Positions 14,414 through 26,859 of a DNA stretch of 64,000 bases are shown here, piece by piece. The notes below the pieces were generated by a model. It was given only the letters and a program-made list of their open reading frames with translations. It ran no database searches and was not told the DNA's origin. This DNA comes from Octopus sinensis. Lineage: Eukaryota. The stretch lies in NCBI RefSeq assembly GCF_006345805.1, contig NC_043003.1:41354001-41418000 (forward strand), read 5' to 3'. Position numbers and translations under genes: made by a program. Each line of letters starts with the position of its first letter. Within the stretch, counting starts at the first letter, position 1.

Positions 14414-15783
14414 TGGGAAATGGAACAATGCTTAGTAAATAAACTATGGTAATGGCAATATAAGGAATTACATCGACCCAACCTTTCAGGGTTGGTTCCT
14501 TCTCCACTTATTTGTATGAGAGTTTTTCCAACATCCTCGCAACCACGTCTCATTTTCTGTCAATCTTGAGATCCAGTCGAATCAGATCCTGAGAAGTTTA
14601 ATTGGTCGGTCAATTCAGCAATCTATGACATTGTTGCATGGCATGGATTTACCTTTTTGGGGATGGAAATCCACAAACTAACCAACTGTTTCGGATTAAT
14701 ATTTAACCAAGCCGCTGCTTGGATGAATAGCGAAGCCGACATCTGTAGAATTTGAACTCATGTATACACACATATGATAAGTTTCATCTGCTACCAGTAA
14801 GAAACAAATCTCTTTCAAATCACACCACAGGGTTGTCACGGTTGGAGTGTTTTTCACTGTAGGTATGAAATACCGCTTCATAAATAACAAAAATAATGTC
14901 TCAAAATCTGAAGCGTGAACGGGAAACAATCTGATGGTGACTGTTCTAATAGAGTTTAATTCAATTTCATATTACTGCATTACAGCGTATTTATTAGTAG
15001 TTTTTGAACTCTGTACTATATAAGAAATCTAAGGATATTAACAAATTAAGCAAGCCAAACGGATACCCGGTTGCAAATTCGGATAGTTAAAAACTTCCGT
15101 CTTTGTCTACATCACATGACTCTAGTAGCCAATTAATATCGTAGTAAATACCTTGTAGTGTTTACTTTCATGTCATTCCGCTATTAATTCGTATCCCACC
15201 CAAGAGAACTTTATCTTTCATCTCTTCAAGTTCAATAAATTAGTACTAGTCAATGTGCCAGATATAAAAGTCAATTTCGTTTGATTAGCCACTGTACAAC
15301 AAAATATTTGTCAGATTATTGTAAAATCTATTGAAAGGACATGTTTACTTGTTTTGTCTACTGAAGAGAAACGAAATGAGAAAATCGCCCGCTTCAGTAC
15401 TTGAAGTTCAGAGCCGAGATCACGAAACAAATAATGCGGTACACTTAGTGCGGAACTTTATTGGTCTCAAGACTGATCATTGTCTTTTGTGACCAATGAT
15501 TAATCATTTTTAACATTGGTACACCGCGAACAATTTTGAGGAAGGTTGGAGATGATTTAATTGACCACCAGAAATTGAATGGTATTGCCGTTGAAAAACT
15601 AGAAAATATAATCGAGATAAGTGTTTGAATATAATATAAATAGATTCAACAATATACTAATAATTTGTCTATTGCTCTAACGATTTTGTCATTTATAAAT
15701 AATGAAATTATATACAGGAAAATGATACATAACTACGACATACATAAATGTATACATATATATATATATATATATACATATAT

Positions 15784-15850
<67 letters not shown>

Positions 15851-15891
15851 TGTATATTATATGTATATATATATGTATGTATGTATATATG

Positions 15892-15925
<34 letters not shown>

Positions 15926-15936
15926 TTTATATTATA

Positions 15937-16018
<82 letters not shown>

Positions 16019-17308
16019 ATATGTAAATATGTGGGAAATTCGTACGTACTAGATAGTAATGCTTTCGATTTTCCGATCTTAGCCTAAAACAGTCTTCGGT
16101 ATATATTGCCTAATGCAGATAGTACATCGATCAACAAAGTAAATTTGATATCATACTTAGCATCTGCCTCGTATCAGTCTCTATGTGATTAGAAACACAA
16201 AATAAAAACCAGTCCAAACATTTTAATGTCAGTCATCATAACATAGAATTGGCAACGAAATTTGAGGTAATTAACGAAACCATATAAAAAGGATTGAATT
16301 CTATAATTGTAAGTACGAAAAATAGTATATGGCTACGTGTTTGCATTTAAAAGTCATTCACAAGATTCGACCTCACAATGAAGATACAAATTATTACTGA
16401 GTATATTTTTTGATGGTCTAACAATATTTTCATGATCTCAATATATATCTTAGAAGCGATGTTTCTCTGTTCATCTCAATAGAAGAAGACAAATTACAAG
16501 TTATTTGGAGAAACGAAAAAGAAAATGCCGTTTTATTCAGTTTGTTTACTGAATTCAAACGAATTCTGTTTAAATATTTCTTCTGTACGTACCACCGTAA
16601 AAAATGGCCGTGAAGAGAGTATTCTGTAATATATCTTCAGACGATTTGAAGAAAGGTTAAATAGTAAAGATAGGGTAACTGGGAAAAAGAAAGAGAAAAG
16701 CTATAAAAGCAGTGAAAGATGTACTAAAATATTCCGTTAGTAGAACAGTAAATTCAACTGTAACCCTATTCATTGAATGCAGTTCTAACTAAAACTTGAA
16801 GCGATTTATTTTTGAAGAGAGTAAACCCTTTAGTCAATAAACAGACGATTGTGCAGCTTGAAAGATAAGTGTATTGTATTTCACTTAAATATTCATTGAA
16901 ATACAATAGTGAATTAAAAAATATATATATATATCATGCAAAAATTTCTTATCGCTTATGAAAATCATTTACAAAAATTAATAATTTACAACTTTCATTA
17001 AGAATAGGGGAGTTTCAATGAAAGTTTACACTAATGATGTTTTCCAGTTGTGTTATCTTGTTATTTTGATATTCACAAGTATCACTTAGAAACACATATT
17101 CAAAGACGGAAGAGGTTTTACGTGTTTAATCGACTCTTTAAAAATAGCAGTTAAGCTTCCCTCAAATCTGGGAGTGGGTTAAATAACAATGATGAAAACT
17201 GAACAAAAATTAGGAATATGTACGAGTCCAGCGACGTGTGTGTGTTAATGAATATACCATATATATGTATATATTGTATATATGTGCATATATATATATA
17301 TATATATC

Positions 17309-17344
<36 letters not shown>

Positions 17345-17697
17345 ATATATATATAGATAGATAGATAGATAGATAGATTAGATGATAGATATGCATGCAG
17401 CGTATTTGCCTTTTAGCACTGAAATATATGATATGTGACAAACATATTTCAAATAACCTAAATTCTGCATATATATATATATATATATATATTATCATTT
17501 GTGTCAAAGCAGCGAAAATATTTTGACATAAATGAAAATTAAATGTTCCAGTGAAATTAACGGTTTTTGTGTGTGCTTGAATGGCTTACAAATATCTTCC
17601 ATGCTGCAATTGTTTTTGTCCCAGCACAATATTTCAGATCAAGTCATTTGCTATGAAAGTATATATCCGTTTATATATATATATATTTGTATGCGTG

Positions 17698-17732
<35 letters not shown>

Positions 17733-18360
17733 TATATTATTGAGCGTGTATTACACAATACATATACAGAGTCTGCAGAACATGAAATAAATATACTTTA
17801 AGTAAGCGTTTTTTTATTTAGACGGTAATACAAATTTATTTGTTAAGCTTTCGTTTAATAAGAGAGACAAACGTTAAGTTCAACAATTTACCCAATTAAG
17901 AAGCGCCTGATATAATATAATCAAAATAGACGTAAAGTTAATAACTTTTTAATTCTTTCAGTGACACTTTGTATTTTAACTGAATATATTTTATATTAAA
18001 TTAAATATATCTTTCAAATAACACCAAGAATTTAAATGTACAATTTTAGTATCTTGCTGTCAGCAAAGTGACGAATAGCAATACACGCATACACACAGTC
18101 ACTCACACACACGCACGCACAAACAAACGCACACACAGAAACACACAAACATATTTATATATGTATATATGTATATATATATACGCACACATATATATAT
18201 ACAAATATGAATACATTTATGCGTATAGATCTTATTGAGTGACAATGTATGTATGTATCTATCTATCTGATTATCTATCTATTTATCTGTCAGTCTCTCT
18301 CACCCTCTATCTCCACTTTATATATATATATATTATATATATATTATATATATATATATA

Positions 18361-18395
<35 letters not shown>

Positions 18396-18689
18396 GCATG
18401 TGTGTATGCGTATTCGTGTGCTTATATATATACAGACACGCATACATACACTCACACACGTGGATGGTTGCAGTCATAGACATATAGCTAACGGTTTTCA
18501 CTTCCATCAAAATGGATATTGACTAGCGGTTCCGGAATCGATCCCAATGGGCATTGACTTGTGGAAGTTTAATTAACCGCGGCATAGATTTGACCGGTGG
18601 GTTGTGAGTTAAAACTAGTGAATAGATGCTCTGTGGAACACCATTATATAAATATACACCCACATAGAAATAAAAAAAAATAATCCTTT

Positions 18690-18724
<35 letters not shown>

Positions 18725-19620
18725 ATTTGGCTCAAAAGCAAATAGCAAGGCCATGTAGGGGGACATGGAGTTAAGTACAGGGTAGTGTTCATGTAAAGAG
18801 TTCAGGCCATTTGAGGTCAAGGGAGGCTTTGAACAAAGCGGTCGTCGGCATCTTCACCATCTCGTCTGGCAGCTTGTTCCACGGATCGGCAACCGGACGG
18901 AGAAAGCTCTTCTCCTTCGATTGAGATGAAATCGTCGCAGGTAGAGTTTTCGGAATGACCCGCAGCCGACGCTCTGGAGCAGGAGTGAAGAACAGCTCTT
19001 TCGAGAGGTTACACTTCCGCTTATGATGTTGTGGGCGAGAGAATGAGATCACCACGGCGGCGGCGTTTTTCTAGAGAATAAAGATCGAGCGTCCTCAGCC
19101 TTTCTTCATAGGAAAAATTTTTGAGACCATGAACCATGCGGGTAGCCAGCTTCTGGACTCTTTCGAGATGCTGTATGTCTTTGAGGAGATAAGGAGAAGA
19201 GGCTTGAATCCCGTACTCCAATATAGGTCTCACCAGCGTGACATAGAGCGGTAGGAATATGACTGCCGTGAGCATTCCGAATGACCGTCGAATCAAGAAC
19301 AGAATTCCGCGTGCTTTGTTGGCAGCATGGACGCACTGGGCCGAAGGCGAAAAGGAGGAATCCACCAAGATACCCAGGTCCTTTACCTGATCGGTCCTCT
19401 CCAGCAGCAGACGACCCGGCTCGAAATCAAGTTGAGTTGCAGGAGGAGAGCCAACAGGCAGATGACAGCACTTTGACACGTTCAGACACAGGTCCCATTC
19501 GTTAGACCACCTCCAAATTTGGTGCAGGCATCGACGGAGATCCTCTATATCACCGCGAGGAGCGACCAGTTTGACATCGTCGGCAAATAGAAGGGTGTGT
19601 TGCGTGAGGTCGTCGGCCAA
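18690..19620 (-). mobile_element. 5'-truncated CR1/L2-group LINE (RT C-terminal part, 3' UTR, (TAAC)n tail), frameshifted
   Basis: LLFADDVKL, QVKDLGILVDSSFS, LYVTLVRPILEYGIQASSPY, LERVQKLATRMV, LYSLEKRRRRGDLI, RVADPWNKLPDEMV. Ends in ccaaattaac(taac)n. Confidence 0.92.
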
Positions 19621-19958
19621 GGGGGAGAGGGATTGTTAATTACATCGACCCTAGCACTCAATTGGTACTTAATTTATCGATCCCGAAAGAGGTGTTGTGG
19701 CGAAAGTTCACAGTTTGATTTAAAAATAGTAGAAACAGGTGTGTTATCAATACAAATGCCTCAAGAATATTTCATATTTACTATCCAAAATTCTTAAGCC
19801 CTAAAATAATAAATGGTTATGTATGCATGTATGTTTGTATGTATGTACATATACATGTATGTACGTACGTAAGTATACACTTTATGTAAATCCATTTGTG
19901 CATGGTATATACATATGCAGCAATATTTTTGAGTGTCTGGACCATGGCCCATATATAT

Positions 19959-19996
<38 letters not shown>

Positions 19997-20043
19997 CTAC
20001 ATACATATACATGCATATATTACATGCATACATACATACATAC

Positions 20044-20099
<56 letters not shown>

Positions 20100-20103
<4 letters not shown>

Positions 20104-20280
20104 AAAATGGAGGAACAAATTCATTTGAATTATCAACTTACAGATATTACTATTTCATATTATTTATTAACTATATAAATAGGAACATCCAAATCGAACG
20201 AAACAATATTTAATAAATAATATGAAATGGTAATATCTGTAAGTTGATGATTGAAATGAATTTGTTCCTCCATTTTCTTA
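20100..20280. repeat. Inverted repeat, 71-bp arms (3 mismatches), 39-nt loop
   Basis: 20100-20170 vs the reverse complement of 20210-20280. Confidence 0.95.
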
Positions 20281-20284
20281 TTTG

Positions 20285-20619
20285 TATTATGAATTTACGG
20301 TAAAATATTTTACCTTCGCCCATCCGATACAATAAATGAATTAATTGCATTGCAATTATAAGCATTTATGTATTTGGCATTTGGGTGCTTCAGCAGCAGT
20401 ATACTGGATAACTGATATCCCATAGGGGCTTACCCTCATAACCCCTATCTTCCTTTGTACTATATATATAGTAAGCCCCTATGGGATATCAGTCATCCAG
20501 TATACTGCTGCTGAAGCACCCAAATACCAAATTCATTATTGCTTATAATTGCAATGCAATTAATTCATTTATTGTATCGGATGGCCGAAGGTAAAATATT
20601 TTACCGTAAATTCATAATA
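20285..20619. repeat. Inverted repeat, about 149-bp arms, 37-nt loop
   Basis: 20285-20433 vs the reverse complement of 20471-20619, with a handful of mismatches. Confidence 0.95.
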
Positions 20620-20659
20620 TTTATATATATATATATATTATAATATATATATATATATA

Positions 20660-20666
20660 TATATAA

Positions 20667-20704
<38 letters not shown>

Positions 20705-21027
20705 CCTTTATACAAATCCACAATTTTTCAGTTAGAGGGCTGGCACTTTCTATAGTCATTCAAAACCGTCCAAGGGTGGTCGTGCACATCTTTACATTTC
20801 CCCAGTCACCACGCAAAGCCATTACAAAAATCAATAGAAGTGACATTTTTGTGAATTTTCTATCCAAAACCCAATCAAAATGCCTGAAACTTGATATGCC
20901 AATTGAATGCCAGCGAGCTGTTTGTGATTGGTCGGAGATTTGGACAGCTGCGTGTATGTGCGCACGCACGCATCTGTATATGCATGCACTAGCACTATAA
21001 CCCGGCGTTGCCGGGTCATAGTGCTAG
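20660..21027 (+). mobile_element. Non-autonomous Helitron-like element ending in a palindromic hairpin-CTAG terminus
   Basis: Ends ...acccggcgttgccgggtcatagtgCTAG|t. ttatacaaatccacaat resembles the neighbouring Helitron-like 5' region. The left end is uncertain. Confidence 0.55.
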
Positions 21028-21029
21028 TA

Positions 21030-21400
21030 TCTCTTATTATAAAAGGCAGATTTTATCTGCCTCCCTTTGGGAGTTATACAAATCTACAATATAGGATTTC
21101 TTCAATTACAATTTACCTAGCATTTTTAAGAGTACAATGCATCGCGTCATGCCAGGTCCAGTTTTTAAAATTTAAACTCCAATTAAGCAAAATTTACAGA
21201 AAACTCACATTCTGGTGTGTGTGTCAAATGCTTTTCTTAGTCTGGTTTACACCACACGCAAACGCACACACACAGTGTGCAACCAATAAAGTGAAACTAG
21301 ATGTAATATTTGTTTCTGTCTATCACGCTGATAGATACATGAGTAAAATGTATGGGAAGCTAACAGATAAGAGTGAGTGAAAATGTTCTTGGAAGAGAGT
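21030..21400 (+). mobile_element. Helitron-like 5' portion
   Basis: a|TCtcttattataaaagg start directly after the previous CTAG-T. No matching 3' end of its own. Confidence 0.45.
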
Positions 21401-21808
21401 AAATTAGCGACAGAGAGATTTGAGGAAGACTAAACTGAAAGTATGAAACAGTGTTATGTATAAACAGACGACACTTATATAACCCTTTCGTTACCAAACC
21501 GCCCGAATTTACCTATTCATATTTAAATGAGAATATCAGAGTAAATCTCTTTAGTACATTCGTGAAAACACGTATTATACTTCGTAAACACTTCAAATAC
21601 AGTTTTGTACAAAAATCGAAGTGTAATTTTAATTCCGTGAATTATGGGAGATTTTTTTCCGAAATTTGTTCCTATTGTGTTTTCAAAATTTGTAATTCTG
21701 ACAAAAAATGGATACGAATTTCATTATATCAAGCAGCGAGTCAAAATTCGAAGGATTTTCTACTGAAGACCTTCATAAATCTAACTCTATGACTGAAAAA
21801 AAAAAACA

Positions 21809-22205
21809 TCTTTATATAAGAGTAAAGTTGTGTGTCTGTCCCCTTCAATTTAGATTCGTAACTACTCCCACATTTTGCGGTGCAGTTTAACCAAAAGCGG
21901 GTATCTTATAGTCGTGATTCATATCGAGCCCTTCTGGGTATTAGCGCGCGTCTACGATGAGTCTACGATTTTAAAAAAAATTACCATCATATTTTCCATT
22001 TTAATGCATTTTTTTCGCTTTTATATAAGGGAAGTAACTCCTCTAAAAATATCTACGATGTGTCAACGATTTTTAAAAAAAAAATTTACCTTAATTTTTT
22101 TCAATTTTTAATGCATTTTTTTGCTATTTTTGGCTATAACTCTCTAAAAATGCTTATATAGTTATTTCCCTTACAAACCCGAGCAACGCCGGGCGATACT
22201 GCTAG
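21809..22205 (+). mobile_element. Complete non-autonomous Helitron (about 400 bp)
   Basis: 5' a|TCtttatataag; 3' GC hairpin cccgagcaacgccggg followed by cgatactgCTAG|t. Inserted between A and T with no TSD, the canonical Helitron hallmarks. Confidence 0.8.
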
Positions 22206-22420
22206 TATATATATATAATGGGACAAAAATGCAAAACATTTAGACAGTTAGGTGATACAAGAAAGGGGCAACAAAGCATCCAGGTAGACGATACAATGAA
22301 AATAAGTACGGATCACGCGGAGCGTTCTTTCCTCAATCGAGTACCAGATTATCTTTGCAATTTCGACTGGTCATACTCGAGATGCTCCAATCTGATATAT
22401 ATATATATTATATATATATA

Positions 22421-22461
<41 letters not shown>

Positions 22462-22769
22462 GTACATATATATTCTTATATACATATATACATGTGTGTG
22501 TGTGTGTGTGCGCGCGCGTAAGATTGAGCCTATGTGCAAAATTATGTTCATATTCGCACAACCCGCCACGACGAGTAAACAACCAGATAATAGGACAGAA
22601 ATTCGTACATTACAAATGCATAAGTGTACTTGTAAAATATCTGTGCCTGAATATGAGCAGATATAGATATGCCTAACATTCACTACCATCACTCTCTCTC
22701 TCTCCTTCTGAATATATGTGAATATATTTGTGTGTGTGAATATGGGTTTATATATGTGTATATATATGT

Positions 22770-22822
<53 letters not shown>

Positions 22823-23305
22823 TGTATGTTTTTGTGTGTTTGTATATAGGTATCTATGTATTCCTTTCTTTTTATAGGAACACATAATATGGTGTGAATT
22901 GATATTCACTAACTGCCAGACATAACACATACTGACAGATTAACCTTATACGACGTGCAAGGGCGGATACCAACTAAAGGTTATTTATCATTGTCTTGTT
23001 ATTGCTCCAGCTGGTATGTGACTAGGTGAGTGTTCGGGTGAGAGAGGCGGATTAGAATATGCTAGGTGTGAGGAACGTGTCATATCTAACATATATTGTT
23101 GTCATTGTTGACCGGTCGACATGTAAACCGTCTGTCAGTGTTCATTATGTCGAAAATAAGACTTTTGATGTATATAGTCAGACACACACGCGCGCGCACA
23201 CACACATACACACACACATAACCGCACATATTCAATTACTCACACATATATATACATACACAAACACACACACACACACATATATATATATAAATATATA
23301 TGTTG

Positions 23306-23362
<57 letters not shown>

Positions 23363-23376
23363 GTATATGTGTATAT

Positions 23377-23415
<39 letters not shown>

Positions 23416-23489
23416 CTGTGTATGTATACAAGCACACACACTCTCATATCTCACATGTGTCTACGTATTTATATATGTACATATTATTA

Positions 23490-24270
23490 AAGGCAGCGAG
23501 CTGGCAGAATCGTTAGCACACCGGGCGAAATGCTTAGCAGTATTTCGTCTGCCGCTACGTTCTGAGTTCAAATTCCGCCGAGGTCGATTTTGCCTTTCAT
23601 CCTTTTGGGGTCGATTAAATAACTACCAGTTACGAACTGGAGTCGATATAATCGACTTAATCCGTTTGTCTCTCCTTGTTTGTTCACTCTGTAATGTGCC
23701 CCTTGTGAGTACTAAAGAAATAGGTATTTCGCCCGTCGCTACGTGCTAAGTTCAAATTCCGCGTGGTTGAATTTGCCTTTCATCATTTTAGGAGCTATAA
23801 ATTAAGTACCAGTGAAACATTGGAGTTGATATAATCGACTAGTCCCTGCCCCACAAAATTCTGGCCTTGTGCTTCCTATAGAAAAGACTATTATTATTAT
23901 TATTATTAGTAGTAGTAGTAGTAGTTGTTGCTGTTGTGGTAGTAGCAGCAGTATCAGTAGTAGTAATAGCAATAGTAGTAGTAGTAGTAGTAGTTAGTAG
24001 TAGTAGTGGTAGCAGCAGCAGCAGCAGCAGTTGTAGTAGTAGTAGTTAGTAGTAGTAATATAAGGGGGTGAATTGGTAGAACTGTTAGCACATCGAGCAA
24101 AATGCTTAACGCTGTTTCGTCCGTCCTTACGTTCTGAGTTCAAATTCCGCCGAGATCAGCTTTGATTTCATTCTTGCGGAGTCGATGAATTAAGTACCAC
24201 AGAAGTTGATGTAATCGACAAGCTCCCTCCCTCAATATTTCAGGTGTTGTGCCTATAGCTGAAATGATAA
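23490..24270 (+). mobile_element. Three SINE family A copies (about 23490-23700, 23720-23890, 24062-24265) interleaved with (TAT)/(TAG) repeats
   Basis: Repeated ctgagttcaaattccgccgag B-box segments with A-box heads ggcagcgagctggcagaatcgttagc. Confidence 0.85.
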
Positions 24271-24390
24271 TAATAATGAAATCATAAAATAATAATAAAA
24301 TGATAAAAAAGAAAGTAAGCATACACTGTATACAATGAAAAAGAAGGGACATATGCAAAGCATAATAATAATAAAAATAAAAATAAAAAC

Positions 24391-24431
<41 letters not shown>

Positions 24432-24442
24432 TAATAATAACG

Positions 24443-24502
<60 letters not shown>

Positions 24503-24849
24503 TAATAATTATTATTATGCATATGTCCCTTCTTTTTCAGTTTATACCGTGTATACGTACTTTCTTTTTTATCATTTCATTGTATGCAAGCCCCCCACAC
24601 TTTATGTCTGTCTTTGTATTGTCCCCCTCATCCTTCGCACCTGTGGCAAATAAATGAAATCATTGTTGATATTATTATTGTTATATAAGTTGGTAAGCTG
24701 GTCTTTATGATCCAAGTTCAAATTCCGCCGAGGCGGCAAAGGTCGTTAAAATAAGTTCAAGATGACCACTGTGGCCGATATATCCTCTCCCTCAAGATGT
24801 TTAGCCTTGTGCCAAAATTTGGAACCTTATGTATTTTTTTACCTTTTAA

Positions 24850-25950
24850 TTCAGATTTTGTTGGGACTCCTGGAGTCTTTCATGCATAGCGGGCTTGCTA
24901 CTTGCAGCCTACGGTACCATACAACTATCTAATACTTTGCTGATGACTCTGGCCGTACCAATGGAGCAAACCTTCCGCAAAAGCTCTTCTCCGTACTCTT
25001 ATCCCGTTCCATCTATATTGCTCTTGATGCATTTGCATATTGTCGCCTAGAACCCATCAATAGTTGGCACTACCTTCAACTTCTTTTTCCATAGTCGAGC
25101 TATCTCATGTTTAAGAGAACTGTATGTTTATCATTTCGCCTCTCTTCTTGATCAAAGGGGAAGGCCTGATCCATTTTAGAGCACATGTGGTTTACCTTAT
25201 CCAACAACACTAGACTCGGCTGGGTATGCCTGGTCTGTTTGTATTGGGAAATCCTCTAGGATTCTGCACAGGTCTGGAGCGCAGTCACTGTCTGTGTTTT
25301 ATTCTCATACCACTTCTCCCTAGACCCCACTATTCGCATAGATTCCAATGTAGCACTTTCGCTTCCCCATCATGTCACCACAATTTATAATGGTTTTGGG
25401 CAAGTGTAGGGCATCTGTTCACGGTATGGGCAATGATTTTGTCAACTCTTTTACAGATGTGACACAATAGAGACACCTGCTCATTCTTAAGATTAAGCCT
25501 CCGATTTCTGGCCAAAGCTTGGTCTTGCGCTGCCAGGTGTGGCGTCTTGAGTCTCTTTTTTAAGCTCTCCTCTCTTCAGCAACTCTCGCCTATGTTTTTC
25601 AGCAGCTTCAATGGTGGCTGCATAAAATTGATCGTGTGGTTCCTTATCGCGTAGTACTCTTTCATGTCTTTTTGTATTTGTTTTGTCTTTTTCCTTTTTT
25701 TCCTTCGTTTTTCTCTGCTTTTAGTATACCCTTCTCCCTAACAAACCCCAACAAGGTTTCCTTACCTTGGGCTAGGTATCTCCGTAAGCTCTCAAGTTGG
25801 ATATGTACACAGGCCTGCACACTTATTAGTCTCCCCACTCCATTTGCTCTCTTCATGTATCGGCGATCATGCCTGCACGTGGATGATGAGTTCCATGCAT
25901 TGTTAGGAGCTTTCTTATCTTTCTATCTAATTACTTTATCTCATCCTCTG
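24850..25950 (-). mobile_element. Decayed R4/Dong-type RLE non-LTR retrotransposon fragment
   Basis: Minus-strand pieces MKRANGVGRLISVQACV, DFPIQTD, YSSLKHEIARLWKKKLKVVP, SIGTARVISKVLD (RLE C-terminus). Many stops. Abuts (TAT)n at about 25950. Confidence 0.75.
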
Positions 25951-26030
25951 TTGTTGTTATTATTATTATTATTTATTATATTATTATATTATTATTATTA
26001 TATTATTATTATTATTATTATTATTTATTA

Positions 26031-26064
<34 letters not shown>

Positions 26065-26067
<3 letters not shown>

Positions 26068-26514
26068 TAGTTTTATTTTTATAGCGTGCTTTCACTTCAC
26101 TACCGAGCGCAGCTCTGTGTGCCTTGGGTATGTGCTATGATTTGTTGTGATGCTCTGATGGTTATTGTATGGAAAGTGTTCTGCGTAGGATGTGTGCAGT
26201 GCCTAGTAGTGCAATTTTCTGTATGTTATATGTGTTTGTAAGTCCTGGTGTTTTTGTTATGTATTTGTCTGAATATTTTTTTATCATGCCTAATGCGCCT
26301 ACTATGATAGGAATTGTTTCTGTTTTCAGGTTCCACATTCTAGTTACCTCTATTTCCAGGTCTTTGTATTTTGAGAGTTTCTCCATTTCTTTTAGAGACA
26401 CGTTGTCATCTGCCGGTATTGATACATCAATTAGAAAGCATTTTTTTTCTTCATGATCTCTGACAACTATATCTGGTCTGTTGGCCTTAATTTCTCTATC
26501 TGTGTGTATCGGCA

Positions 26515-26515
<1 letters not shown>
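26065..26515 (-). mobile_element. Young 5'-truncated R4/Dong-type LINE (intact RLE C-terminus + 3' UTR) inside (TAA)n
   Basis: ORF 26162-26515: RPDIVV..KCFLIDVSIPADDNVSLKEMEKLSKYKDL..IPIIVGALG..LLGTAHILRRTL (PD..D..K restriction-like endonuclease). (TAT)n lies directly on both sides. Confidence 0.92.
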
Positions 26516-26564
<49 letters not shown>

Positions 26565-26604
26565 TATTATTATTATTATTCGTTGTAGTATTAGTATTAC
26601 ATAA

Positions 26605-26820
26605 GACGGCGAACTGGCAGTGTTTTTAGCGCGCCAAACAAAATGTTAGTTGCAATTTGTTCGTCTTTACATTCTGTGTTCAAATTTCGCCGAAGTCGCC
26701 TTCGCTATTAACCCATTAACGCGGTCGATAAAATGTGAGCCAGTGTATCCCCTGGGGTCGATGCAATTAACTTGCTCTCTTCTCTGAAACTTCTGACCCT
26801 GTGCAAATATATGAAACCAT
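26605..26820 (+). mobile_element. SINE family A, diverged
   Basis: gacggcgaactggcag...gtgttcaaatttcgccgaagtcgcc...ggggtcgatgcaatt. Confidence 0.75.
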
Positions 26821-26859
26821 TATTATTCTTTTAAAATTTTTACTTTTAATCTGCATCTT

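Noticed and set aside
16593-16678. Candidate minus-strand exon (strong polypyrimidine acceptor, GTACGT donor; TLSLLFNLSSNRLKIYYRILSSRPFFTV)
   Set aside because: No recognisable homology or partner exons, and equally plausible splice signals exist on the other strand; unsupported without RNA data.
21480-21790. taaccctttcgttacc start resembling a piggyBac-like or MITE terminus
   Set aside because: No matching inverted end found.
22335-22395. Minus-strand hammerhead-like geometry (GAC CA GTC GAAA TTGCAA) in a TA-flanked insert
   Set aside because: Core reads TCGAGTA and the cleavage-site spacing is off; too degenerate to call.
24940-24975. CTGATGA occurrence
   Set aside because: No GAAA or stems; it is the antisense strand of an RLE-LINE coding region.
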